The translations under genes were made by a program, and so were the position numbers. From Alphaproteobacteria bacterium (GTDB lineage: Bacteria; Pseudomonadota; Alphaproteobacteria; SP197): DNA of 64,000 bases. The notes beneath the pieces were generated by a model. The model ran no database searches. It was not told the DNA's origin and worked only from the letters and a program-made list of their open reading frames with translations. This document shows positions 9,443-18,011 of the stretch, piece by piece. The stretch covers positions 96,001-160,000 of the forward strand of contig OZ219919.1 in the NCBI GenBank assembly GCA_964291415.2, given 5' to 3'. Position 1 is the stretch's first letter. Every line of letters starts with the position of its first letter.

Positions 9443-10330
9443 TCATCCCGCCGGATCTTGCTGTTTCCGAAGCGGCTGGAATGTGCCGTACTCATCCTCG
9501 AACATAGCCCGATGGTAGTGCAGGTACGTCGGCGCAGGCCACTCCGACCGGCGCACCGGCAGCCTGATCACGCCGTCCTGCCGAAGCAACGGTCTTATTC
9601 GATCCGGCAACCGACCTGGTGATTCGAGAATGCGGTAGTCGTCACTCACGGCGACGATGCCGCGATCGAATAGCCAGTGAACGGTCTTTGACAATGCCAG
9701 TCCATTGCGCACCGAATCAGGTCCACGATGGTTGTCGCCAACCGGACGGATGTGGGCGGCATCGACTTCTGCTCTGCCCCCGCCGTTGACGATTCTGAGA
9801 TCCGTGAAGGCGCAGGTTGAGTCGTAGGCTCGTCTGACCGCTGCGCGAAAAGCAGGATCCCGCCTCAGGCGATCCCCCTTGATCAGATCACGCTGTGGCC
9901 GATCAGAGGCGCTATCGTCCATGGCAGGGCAACCTGCCCCGACAATTGCAAGGAAGTCGTCATCGGAGATCTCCCGCACGGCACGTTGGCGCAATCCCCG
10001 GTTGGTCGAACCATCGTCTTGATGAAGACGGCTTTCATGGTGCCGGCCATCACTGCGTCTCAGCCCAACGGGCTCGGCAAGATCGAAGTATTCGCCCATG
10101 ATGGCATAAGCTCTGGTGACATCGACCGGATCCTGTTCGATACGCAAAACGCGTGCCACCGCGAGATAGGCCCGGCGTCCGCCAGCACGCGAAGTCTCGT
10201 GATAGACGATCCAGTCACCGACACATCGCTGCATTGTCCGGCCGTAAGCGCGCACCGGATAGTGATAGCGTTCCTCGGGGATATCCTTGTAATGCGTCGA
10301 GGAACTGAGGAGGAGGACTGCCTTGGTCAT
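9443..10330 (-). CDS. HNH endonuclease (predicted restriction endonuclease type)
   Basis: FRAAVRRAYDSTCAFT, VDAAHIRP, DSVRNGLALSKTVHWLFDRG, YLHYHR; distinct N-terminal domain with VGDWIVY. Confidence 0.88.
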   Translation of the reverse strand: MTKAVLLLSSSTHYKDIPEERYHYPVRAYGRTMQRCVGDWIVYHETSRAGGRRAYLAVARVLRIEQDPVDVTRAYAIMGEYFDLAEPVGLRRSDGRHHESRLHQDDGSTNRGLRQRAVREISDDDFLAIVGAGCPAMDDSASDRPQRDLIKGDRLRRDPAFRAAVRRAYDSTCAFTDLRIVNGGGRAEVDAAHIRPVGDNHRGPDSVRNGLALSKTVHWLFDRGIVAVSDDYRILESPGRLPDRIRPLLRQDGVIRLPVRRSEWPAPTYLHYHRAMFEDEYGTFQPLRKQQDPAG

Positions 10331-10334
10331 GGTC

Positions 10335-11393
10335 TCACTGAGCGGTCTTGATGAGGTGATCGGCCGTGCGGCGGATCGCAGGAACACGTTCGTCCAGTGC
10401 CGGGTGGGTCGACAGCCAGGATGGGACATCACCGTCGTGGGAGAGATGCATGAACAGGTGCACCAGCGCCTCGGGGTCATATCCTGCATCGAAGGCAAGG
10501 CCGATGCCTATGCGGTCCGCTTCCAGTTCCTGGTCCCGGGAACGGGCGAGTGACAGCAGCAGGGCGCCTTCCAGCAACATGTCCTCGACGATCGGGCCGA
10601 CATCTCCGGCGATGAGTGCCACCAGCAGGAAGGTTCCGATGCTGCGGTAGACCCTCTTCAGCCCGTGCTGTTCGCTGACATGGGCGATTTCGTGGCCCAG
10701 GACCCCGGCAATCACGTCGGGATCGGGGAAGGTCCGGACAAGCGCATCAGTGACGATGATCGTCCCTCCCGGCAGGGCAAAAGCGTTGGGACCCAGTCCG
10801 TCGATGTCGCGAAAGAGAAGAGTGTAGGGACCGAACGGCGGCTCCGGAGCGACGGAAACGATGTCATGGAATACGAGCCGGACCCTCGCCTCTTGCCCGG
10901 TGCCCAGAGCGGAGGGATCGGCCATCACCTGATCGATGAATGCGACGTGACCATCATCGATCCTCTCCGCCAGTTCGGCGGGAGTCAGGGCCACGGCCAG
11001 GGCAACAAGAAGGTCGAGGCCCCAGCGCCAGATCAGGACGCCACCGGCGATGATGGGCACCATCGCCAGCACGAGCCTGGAATGCCACGCTTCCCACCAA
11101 TGCAGGAGATTTCGCCGGTCCGCTCCGACAATCCTGTCGACGGCATCATGGTCGTCGCTGTGGAACTGCCAGCCCGAGGGAAAGGTGAGGCATGAAGGAA
11201 GACTGCCCAGCCGCACGTCGCGGCGCAGCGACGAAGCCCGGGCACGCGCCAGAATCCGTCCGTCGTCGGCCGCAACAAGGTTGACGAAACCTCCCTGCGG
11301 CGACATCACCATGCATGCCGAAAGTCGTTGCGACCTCCCGGGTACCCAGGCGTCGCCCCTGGCCGACAGCAGGTCAGACGCCGACACCGACAT
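10335..11393 (-). CDS. M48 family metallopeptidase
   Basis: NAFALPGG, HEIAH zinc motif, ELEAD, STHPALDER; coupled to YjgN gene. Confidence 0.9.
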   Translation of the reverse strand: MSVSASDLLSARGDAWVPGRSQRLSACMVMSPQGGFVNLVAADDGRILARARASSLRRDVRLGSLPSCLTFPSGWQFHSDDHDAVDRIVGADRRNLLHWWEAWHSRLVLAMVPIIAGGVLIWRWGLDLLVALAVALTPAELAERIDDGHVAFIDQVMADPSALGTGQEARVRLVFHDIVSVAPEPPFGPYTLLFRDIDGLGPNAFALPGGTIIVTDALVRTFPDPDVIAGVLGHEIAHVSEQHGLKRVYRSIGTFLLVALIAGDVGPIVEDMLLEGALLLSLARSRDQELEADRIGIGLAFDAGYDPEALVHLFMHLSHDGDVPSWLSTHPALDERVPAIRRTADHLIKTAQ

Positions 11394-12414
11394 CGATGCC
11401 GTCCAGGTCCATCCACGCATCGCCCACGGCCGTTTCCCGGCTGCGGGCCTCGTCGATGATGTCGTCCAGGGAACCGGCGGGAATGAGCCAGGTCCGGGAA
11501 CACAGGTAACGCGTCATGCGGATGCGGGCCCAGGGAAGCAGCATGCCAAGCGAGAAGGCCGTCGCGACGGCATTGCTGACCGTGATCCACACGTACCGCG
11601 CCGGAGAGATCGCGGAGCGGAAACGGTGGCCGTTCTCAAGGGTCATTCCGGCGTAGACGGCGTTGCGCAGGAACGCGGCATAGAAGACCGAAACGGGAAA
11701 CAGTGCAAAGAGAACAATGAGAAAGACATTGGCCATCGCGACTGCATGGGCCGAGGGGCCCTCCGCCTGAACATCGAAGACGACGACCCACGCTATGCCG
11801 ATGACAACGAGCAGGAGAACTGCGGCACAGCCTCCCGTCAGGAGAAGTGCCACCCAGAACGGCCGGATGCCGCTCGAGAACTCGAACCTCGAGGCGCCAA
11901 GCCTGTGACCGCCGATCGTGTAGCGCTTCATCGCCCGCGTGGCATAGGGCAAGAAGAGGCCCAGGCTCACCGTCGAGAGAAACGGGTAGACCACGAAGAC
12001 GAGAAGGCTCCGCCAGTAGGATCCCCGGAAGTCGAAGCGGACCGTGGACCAGCTCGTCATGGCAGCGTTGAACCTGAGGCCGCGGTTGATCAGCCAGGGC
12101 ATGACCAGGAGGAACAGCAGCCAGACAAGACCACTGACGATCGGCGAGACCAGCGAGGCTCCATAGATGCCAGCGAGGAAGGCAACCACGACAAGGCGCC
12201 CGAGAAGAATCTGAAGCCCTCTGGCATGGTAGCCGAACGGCCGCCCGTCAATGCTCGTGTTGCCGAGAATGTATGCCCTGTTCCGCACCTTGGCCCAGGC
12301 GGACCAGATACCCAGCGTGGCGATCGACAGCATCAGGTTGACGATCCAGATTCCGAAGTACTCGCGTGCCGTTCCCGTGAACGTCACGGCAACAGCCCCG
12401 TCCGGCAGCGTCAT
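11374..12414 (-). CDS. YjgN/DUF898 family membrane protein
   Basis: FTGTAREYFGIWIVNLMLSIATLGIWSAWAKVR N-terminus; usual pairing with M48 peptidase. Confidence 0.9.
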   Translation of the reverse strand: MTLPDGAVAVTFTGTAREYFGIWIVNLMLSIATLGIWSAWAKVRNRAYILGNTSIDGRPFGYHARGLQILLGRLVVVAFLAGIYGASLVSPIVSGLVWLLFLLVMPWLINRGLRFNAAMTSWSTVRFDFRGSYWRSLLVFVVYPFLSTVSLGLFLPYATRAMKRYTIGGHRLGASRFEFSSGIRPFWVALLLTGGCAAVLLLVVIGIAWVVVFDVQAEGPSAHAVAMANVFLIVLFALFPVSVFYAAFLRNAVYAGMTLENGHRFRSAISPARYVWITVSNAVATAFSLGMLLPWARIRMTRYLCSRTWLIPAGSLDDIIDEARSRETAVGDAWMDLDGIDVGVGV

Positions 12415-12500
12415 CGCGACGTTCCCGGTCCATCACCGGCAGCCATCCACCGCCAGAACCGCAGCGCGAGAGGATCGTGGACTGTCATTGGCCCGTCTCC

Positions 12501-13139
12501 TCAAGGGGCGGGAGTCTTGGGTTCAAAGGGACAGGTGCGGGCAATGACACACTGCCAGCACTTCGGGCGACGGGCCGTGCAGGTGTAGCGTCCGTGGAGA
12601 ATGAGCCAGTGATGGGCACCCTTCTTCCACTTCTCGGGCACGTCGCGTTCGAGGGCCCGTTCGACGGCTTCGGCGGTCTTGCCTCGCGCCAGCCCCGTGC
12701 GGTTGGCCACCCGGAAGACATGGGTATCGACGGCAATGGTCGGCGCGCCGAACGCCTCGTTCATGACGACGCTGGCGGTCTTGCGGCCGACTCCGGGAAG
12801 CTTCTGCAGCGCTTCCCGGCTTGCCGGGACCCTGGAATCGTGCCTGTCGATCAGCATTCGTGACAGTCTGACGACATTCTTCGCCTTGGAGTTGAAGAGT
12901 CCGATTGTCCTGATTTTCTCGCGGACGCCATCCTCGCCGAGAGCGACCATCTTCTCCGGCGTATCGGCGACTGCGAAGAGCGCCGGCGTCGCCTCGTTGA
13001 CACTCCTGTCCGTTGCCTGTGCCGAGAGCACGACCGACACCAGCAACGTGAAGTGATTGCTGTAGTCGAGTTCGGTCTTCGGCTCGGGGATCACCTGCGC
13101 CAGAGAGGTGAACAGCCGGTCAATGTCCACGGTTTTCAC
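12501..13139 (-). CDS. nth: Endonuclease III
   Basis: LSAQATD, LPGVGRKTA helix-hairpin-helix, AVDTHVFR, C-x6-C-x2-C-x5-C FeS cluster; GTG overlaps cyclase stop. Confidence 0.95.
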   Translation of the reverse strand: MKTVDIDRLFTSLAQVIPEPKTELDYSNHFTLLVSVVLSAQATDRSVNEATPALFAVADTPEKMVALGEDGVREKIRTIGLFNSKAKNVVRLSRMLIDRHDSRVPASREALQKLPGVGRKTASVVMNEAFGAPTIAVDTHVFRVANRTGLARGKTAEAVERALERDVPEKWKKGAHHWLILHGRYTCTARRPKCWQCVIARTCPFEPKTPAP

Positions 13140-13846
13140 GATTCGGCCCGATCGTCCTGTTCGAAGATCATCGCCACGGCGCGCACCGGACACCCGGTGC
13201 CGTCCTTCATGGCGAGCGGGAGACAGACAAAGAGGAAATCCTCGCCCTCCAGCGCCTCGAGATTGCACAGTTGCTGGACCATGCACACGCCCTGGGTGTT
13301 CCATACCGCGTGAGTCGGCCACCACCACTCGGACGGATCGTCCATGCCGATGAGGTCGGTGCAGAAGAGCCTGATGCCACGGTCCACCAGCCACTGGGCC
13401 GCGTCGACCGGGACATAGGGACGGTTCATGGCAAAGTCGTCCCTGCCCCAGTCCTTCGAGGTTCCCGTCCACACGACGCAGGCCGCATCCGGGCCGATCT
13501 TTCGGGTGGTCCTGCGTTCCGCTTCTTCGAGATCGGCGATGGTGATCGCCTCCCCGTTCTGCCGGTGGCGCAGATCAAGCAGATGGCCGGGCAGCACCAG
13601 GTGTTCCAGGGGAACCTGATCAACGCTCAGGCCGTCGGCGTCGCTGTGTCTCGGCACGTCCAGATGGGTGCCGCAGTGCTCGGGCATGAGGATCATGCGG
13701 CTCTCCATCGCCATCCTGCCGTCGGTGATCTGTGAAAGGTAGGCGTGATCATCGAGCGGGAAGAAGGTCACCTGGCCACCGATGTTCGGCATGTTGGAAT
13801 ACATCGGGTGACTGAGATCGACGATCCTGGAAACGGTTGGCAGCAT
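13136..13846 (-). CDS. Cyclase/kynurenine formamidase family metallohydrolase
   Basis: HCGTHLDVPRH motif; GTGCPVRAVA C-terminus. Confidence 0.85.
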   Translation of the reverse strand: MLPTVSRIVDLSHPMYSNMPNIGGQVTFFPLDDHAYLSQITDGRMAMESRMILMPEHCGTHLDVPRHSDADGLSVDQVPLEHLVLPGHLLDLRHRQNGEAITIADLEEAERRTTRKIGPDAACVVWTGTSKDWGRDDFAMNRPYVPVDAAQWLVDRGIRLFCTDLIGMDDPSEWWWPTHAVWNTQGVCMVQQLCNLEALEGEDFLFVCLPLAMKDGTGCPVRAVAMIFEQDDRAES

Positions 13847-13922
13847 GACATGTCTCCCTTCTTGCTGTTGACGGCTCCACCGCATGAACGCCTGCCGGAA
13901 TAGACAGTCACGGGCGCCCTGT

Positions 13923-14678
13923 CTATCCGGTGAACCCTCCTTCGCGAAGCCAGCCCAGAACACCTTCCGCGGAGGCCGCCACCGGACCCTCCGGAATGGC
14001 GGGACGGCGGATCATGATCACCGGGAGGTGGAGATCGCGGGCGGCCCTGATCTTGGCTTCGGTCGCTCCGCCACCGCTCGCCCGCGTGACCAGTGCACCG
14101 ATGCGCCGATCCGTCATCAACGCCTTCTCCCCTTCCACGTCAAACGGTCCCCGTTGCAGCAGGACCTCCATGCCCGCCTTCGGCAGGGGTTCCATCGGGG
14201 GAGCGATCATGCGGAAGATGAGCCGCATGCCATCGATGCAGCGGAAGGATCCCACGGCCCGGCTTCCCAGCGTGATCAGGGCCACCGGCGGAGCGAGTGT
14301 CTTCAGGGCGGCGACGGCGGCATCGAGATCATCGACCACGATCCAGCAATCACCGGGCATCCTGTTCCACATCGGACGTACCAGCTTGATTCGCGGCACC
14401 CCCGACCGGCAGGCCGCCGTGCAGGCGGTGGCTGCCATGATGCGGGCGAAGGGATGGGTCGCATCGACAAGAGCATTGATGCGTTCATCGTCGAGATAGC
14501 GGGCGAGGCCGTCGGCGCCCCCGAATCCTCCACGCCGCAGACGTCCGGGGAGGTCCGGAGTCTCGTCGAGAACACCCGCCAGCGACGTCACGATGTCGAC
14601 CCCGGGCGCCCGTTCGGCGATGCCCTTCGCCAGCGCCACGGCCTCCGCAGTTCCGCCGAGGATGAGAATGCGGGTCAC
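13923..14678 (-). CDS. cobK: Precorrin-6A / cobalt-precorrin-6A reductase
   Basis: ILILGGTAEA, GGFGGADGL, VDATHPFA, RGPF, KIRAA. Confidence 0.93.
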   Translation of the reverse strand: MTRILILGGTAEAVALAKGIAERAPGVDIVTSLAGVLDETPDLPGRLRRGGFGGADGLARYLDDERINALVDATHPFARIMAATACTAACRSGVPRIKLVRPMWNRMPGDCWIVVDDLDAAVAALKTLAPPVALITLGSRAVGSFRCIDGMRLIFRMIAPPMEPLPKAGMEVLLQRGPFDVEGEKALMTDRRIGALVTRASGGGATEAKIRAARDLHLPVIMIRRPAIPEGPVAASAEGVLGWLREGGFTG

Positions 14679-15787
14679 GGACCCGCCTGGCCGACGACGG
14701 TGCCCGAACGATCGATGACGATCACGTCCACGGAAACACCACCAGCCAGAGTGGCCAGCGCCGTTTGCCGGGCGCCGACGGCCACGTGATCGGCCAGGGG
14801 CAACCCGGCGTCGCGTGCCAGTCCAAGGGCTTCTCCAGCGCTAGTCGATGCGGCCACGTGCCGCGCCAGACCGGCGTCGGCACCCGCCTCCCTCGCCATG
14901 GTGGCAAGCAGGCCGAAATCCACCTGACTCCTCGCCGAATGAAGGTCGAGGGCACCCTGTGCCAGCTTCGTCATCTTGGCGAATCCCCCGGCAATCGACA
15001 CTCTGGGAACCGGATGGCGGCGCAGGTACTTCAACATGCCTCCGGCAAAGTCGCCCATGTCGATGAGGCTGGCCTCGGGCAGGGAATGAAAACTCCGGAC
15101 GGCTTTCTCGGAGGTTCTTCCCGTGGCCCCGGCGAGGTGTTCGAGGCCTTCGGCACGGGCGACGTCAATGCCTCTGTGGATGGCATGGATCCAGGCCGAG
15201 CAGGAATAGGGAATGACGATTCCTGTGGTCCCGAGAATCGACAACCCTCCCTTGATGCCGAGTCGCGGATTCCACGTCTTGTGGGCCAGGGCCTCGCCGT
15301 CGACGACGCCGATGGTGAGAATGACGTCGGCGGTTCCGCCATGGCGCCAGGCAAGCTTGCGGATGGCCTCGGTCATGATCTCACGAGGCCGCGGATTGAT
15401 CGCAGGTTCGCCAGGCGCGACGGGCAATCCCGCCTTGGTCACGGTGCCGACACCCTCTCCGGCACGAAAGACCACGCCGCTTCCCTCTTCACCGGCCTTC
15501 ACGGTGACGACGATTTCCGCACCGTGGGTGACATCGGGATCATCGCCGGCGTCCTTGATCACCGATGCCCGGGCCTCACCATGACCAAGGCGGTGCGACG
15601 CCAGCGGAAACCCTGCCTCCCTGCCGCCTGGCAGGGTGATCCGAACCGGATCCGGGAACGTGCCGGTGGTCAGCGCCTCGTAGGCCGCCGCGGCCGCCGC
15701 GGTGGCGCAGGCTCCGGTGGTCCACCCCTTGCGCAAGGCATCCTTCGCCATGTCTCCCGCCGCACCGGACATCGGTTGTGGGGACAT
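14675..15787 (-). CDS. cbiD: Cobalt-precorrin-5B C1-methyltransferase
   Basis: LRKGWTTGACATAAA, KDAGDDPDVTHG, GGLSILGTTGIV. Confidence 0.95.
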   Translation of the reverse strand: MSPQPMSGAAGDMAKDALRKGWTTGACATAAAAAAYEALTTGTFPDPVRITLPGGREAGFPLASHRLGHGEARASVIKDAGDDPDVTHGAEIVVTVKAGEEGSGVVFRAGEGVGTVTKAGLPVAPGEPAINPRPREIMTEAIRKLAWRHGGTADVILTIGVVDGEALAHKTWNPRLGIKGGLSILGTTGIVIPYSCSAWIHAIHRGIDVARAEGLEHLAGATGRTSEKAVRSFHSLPEASLIDMGDFAGGMLKYLRRHPVPRVSIAGGFAKMTKLAQGALDLHSARSQVDFGLLATMAREAGADAGLARHVAASTSAGEALGLARDAGLPLADHVAVGARQTALATLAGGVSVDVIVIDRSGTVVGQAGP

Positions 15788-15864
15788 TGTGTCGCGTGGT
15801 GATGAATTCGCAAGAAAATGCGGTTATGGATCGTCTGTCGCACCAATGTTGCGAGGGGTGACTG

Positions 15865-16701
15865 ATGCCGCATTCCCCGCTGCCTCCCATGCCTGCCTTC
15901 AAGGCCGGATGGGTGTGGCTTGCCGGTGCCGGACCAGGCGACCCCTGCCTTCTCACCCTTCTGGCGCACCATGCCCTGGGCGAGGCCGACTGCATCGTCC
16001 ATGATGCCCTCGTCGACGACGGCGTTCTGCGGCTGGCCCGACCTGGAGCGCAACTCATCCATGCCGGAAAACGAGGCGGCAGACCGTCTCCCGGACAGCC
16101 CGACATCTCGCGCCGGCTCATCGAACTCGCCCGGTCCGGAAAGAAAGTCCTGCGGCTCAAGGGTGGTGATCCCTTCGTCTTCGGACGGGGTGGCGAGGAG
16201 GCTCTCGCCCTTGTTGCCGCCGGCATCCCGTTCCGTGTGGTCCCGGGGATCACTGCGGGTATCGGCGGCTTGTCCATGGCCGGCATTCCGGCAACGGATC
16301 GCCACACCAATCATGCCATCACCTTCATCACCGGACGCCTGGCAGGCGGAGACATTCCCGACGGCCTCGACTGGACAGCCCTCGCCGCTCCCGGTCACGC
16401 GCTCGTCATCTACATGGCCCTGGCGCGACTCGCGTCCATCGCCGACCGTCTGATCGGCGCGGGTCTCTCCGGCGACACGCCGGTGGCCATCATCAGCCGC
16501 GCCACCACCCGCCACCAGAAAGTGATCGAGACGACCCTCGTCAATGCTGCCGCGGATTCGCGGGACCTCGACGCTCCGGCAATCGTCGCCATCGGTGCGT
16601 TCGTCCGGTTGCGCGCCGGCCTCGACTGGATGGGCGCCATGGAGGGACGAATCCTGGAGGCAGACCCGCTTGGCACGGACGCCTCCAGGGAGGCCGTCTG
16701 A
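15865..16701 (+). CDS. cobA: Uroporphyrinogen-III C-methyltransferase
   Basis: GAGPGDP, RLKGGDPFVFGRGGEE, VVPGITAG. Confidence 0.93.
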   Translation: MPHSPLPPMPAFKAGWVWLAGAGPGDPCLLTLLAHHALGEADCIVHDALVDDGVLRLARPGAQLIHAGKRGGRPSPGQPDISRRLIELARSGKKVLRLKGGDPFVFGRGGEEALALVAAGIPFRVVPGITAGIGGLSMAGIPATDRHTNHAITFITGRLAGGDIPDGLDWTALAAPGHALVIYMALARLASIADRLIGAGLSGDTPVAIISRATTRHQKVIETTLVNAAADSRDLDAPAIVAIGAFVRLRAGLDWMGAMEGRILEADPLGTDASREAV

Positions 16702-18011
16702 TGGCGACGCGCGGTCTCGTCATCTCGGCGACCGGAAGCGGCGCCGGCAAGACGATCATCACGTCAGCCCTCATCCGCGCGCTTGCCAGGCGGGGATACG
16801 CGGTATCGTCCTTCAAGGTCGGACCGGACTACATCGACGGAGGCTATCATGCCGCCGCATCCGGTCGCGCCTGCCACAACATCGACCTGTGGGCCATGAG
16901 ACCGGCCACGGCACGAGCCGCGTTCCGGCGCTGTGCGGACGGAGCGGATCTTGTCATCGGTGAAGGCGCGATGGGCCTCTTTGACGCCAGTCTCTCGGGC
17001 GAGGGGTCGACAGCCGACGTCGCGCGATTTCTTGACCTGCCGGTCGTTCTCGTCATCGACGTCAGCGGACAGGCACAATCGGTGGCGGCCACCGTCGCCG
17101 GATTCCGCGATCACCGCCCCGATATCGACATCGCCGGGGTGATCCTGAACCGGACGGCCGGCGACACCCATCGGGCGATGCTTGCACGTGCTCTCGAGGG
17201 TGTTGCGACCGTCTTCGGTCACGTCGACAGGGACGAACGCCTCGTCGTGGCGCATCGGCATCTCGGCCTCGTCCAGGCCCATGACGGTGATCCCGGCATC
17301 ATCGATCACGCCGCCGCGCGCATTGCGTCCGGGGTGGACGTGGACAGCATGATCGCACTGGCGCGACCCATCGCGGAGACGGATGGCGCGGATCCGGTTC
17401 CCCTGGCGCCTCCGGGCCAGAGAATTGCCGTTGCCTGCGATAGCGCCTTCTCCTTCCTCTATGCATCGCTGACACGGGCGTGGCGGGATGCCGGTGCCGA
17501 GATCCTGTCGTTTTCCCCACTGGAGAACGAGCCTCCCGACGCGATGGCCGACGCCGTCTACCTGCCGGGCGGCTATCCTGAACTCCACGCCGGCAGGCTG
17601 GCCGCCGGCCAGACCTTTCTGGCTGGCCTGAGGCGGGCCGCGGACCGCGGTTGCGTGATCTACGGCGAGTGTGGCGGCTACATGGTGCTGGGCCAGCAGC
17701 TCACGGATATGGAAGGCCATACCCATGCCATGGCCGGTCTGCTGCCGGTCACGGTCTCCATGCATGCGCCCCGCCGGCACCTGGGGTACCGACGCATGGT
17801 CCTGGCGTCCAACGGTCCGTTGGGCAAGGCCGGACGCATCTGGCGCGGCCATGAATTCCACTACGCCTGCGAGACCTCCTCGTCAGCGCCTCCTCTCTTT
17901 TTCGCCAGCGACGCGAACGGGCGCGATCTCGGCGCAAGCGGCGCCGTCAACGGCAGCGTCGCCGCATCGTTCATGCACATCATCGACAGCGAGGAAGGGC
18001 CAGCGTCGTGA
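16701..18011 (+). CDS. cobB: Cobyrinate a,c-diamide synthase
   Basis: GSGAGKT, FKVGPDYID, EGAMGLFD, LPGGYPELH, GECGGYM, GHEFHY. Confidence 0.93.
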   Translation: MATRGLVISATGSGAGKTIITSALIRALARRGYAVSSFKVGPDYIDGGYHAAASGRACHNIDLWAMRPATARAAFRRCADGADLVIGEGAMGLFDASLSGEGSTADVARFLDLPVVLVIDVSGQAQSVAATVAGFRDHRPDIDIAGVILNRTAGDTHRAMLARALEGVATVFGHVDRDERLVVAHRHLGLVQAHDGDPGIIDHAAARIASGVDVDSMIALARPIAETDGADPVPLAPPGQRIAVACDSAFSFLYASLTRAWRDAGAEILSFSPLENEPPDAMADAVYLPGGYPELHAGRLAAGQTFLAGLRRAADRGCVIYGECGGYMVLGQQLTDMEGHTHAMAGLLPVTVSMHAPRRHLGYRRMVLASNGPLGKAGRIWRGHEFHYACETSSSAPPLFFASDANGRDLGASGAVNGSVAASFMHIIDSEEGPAS

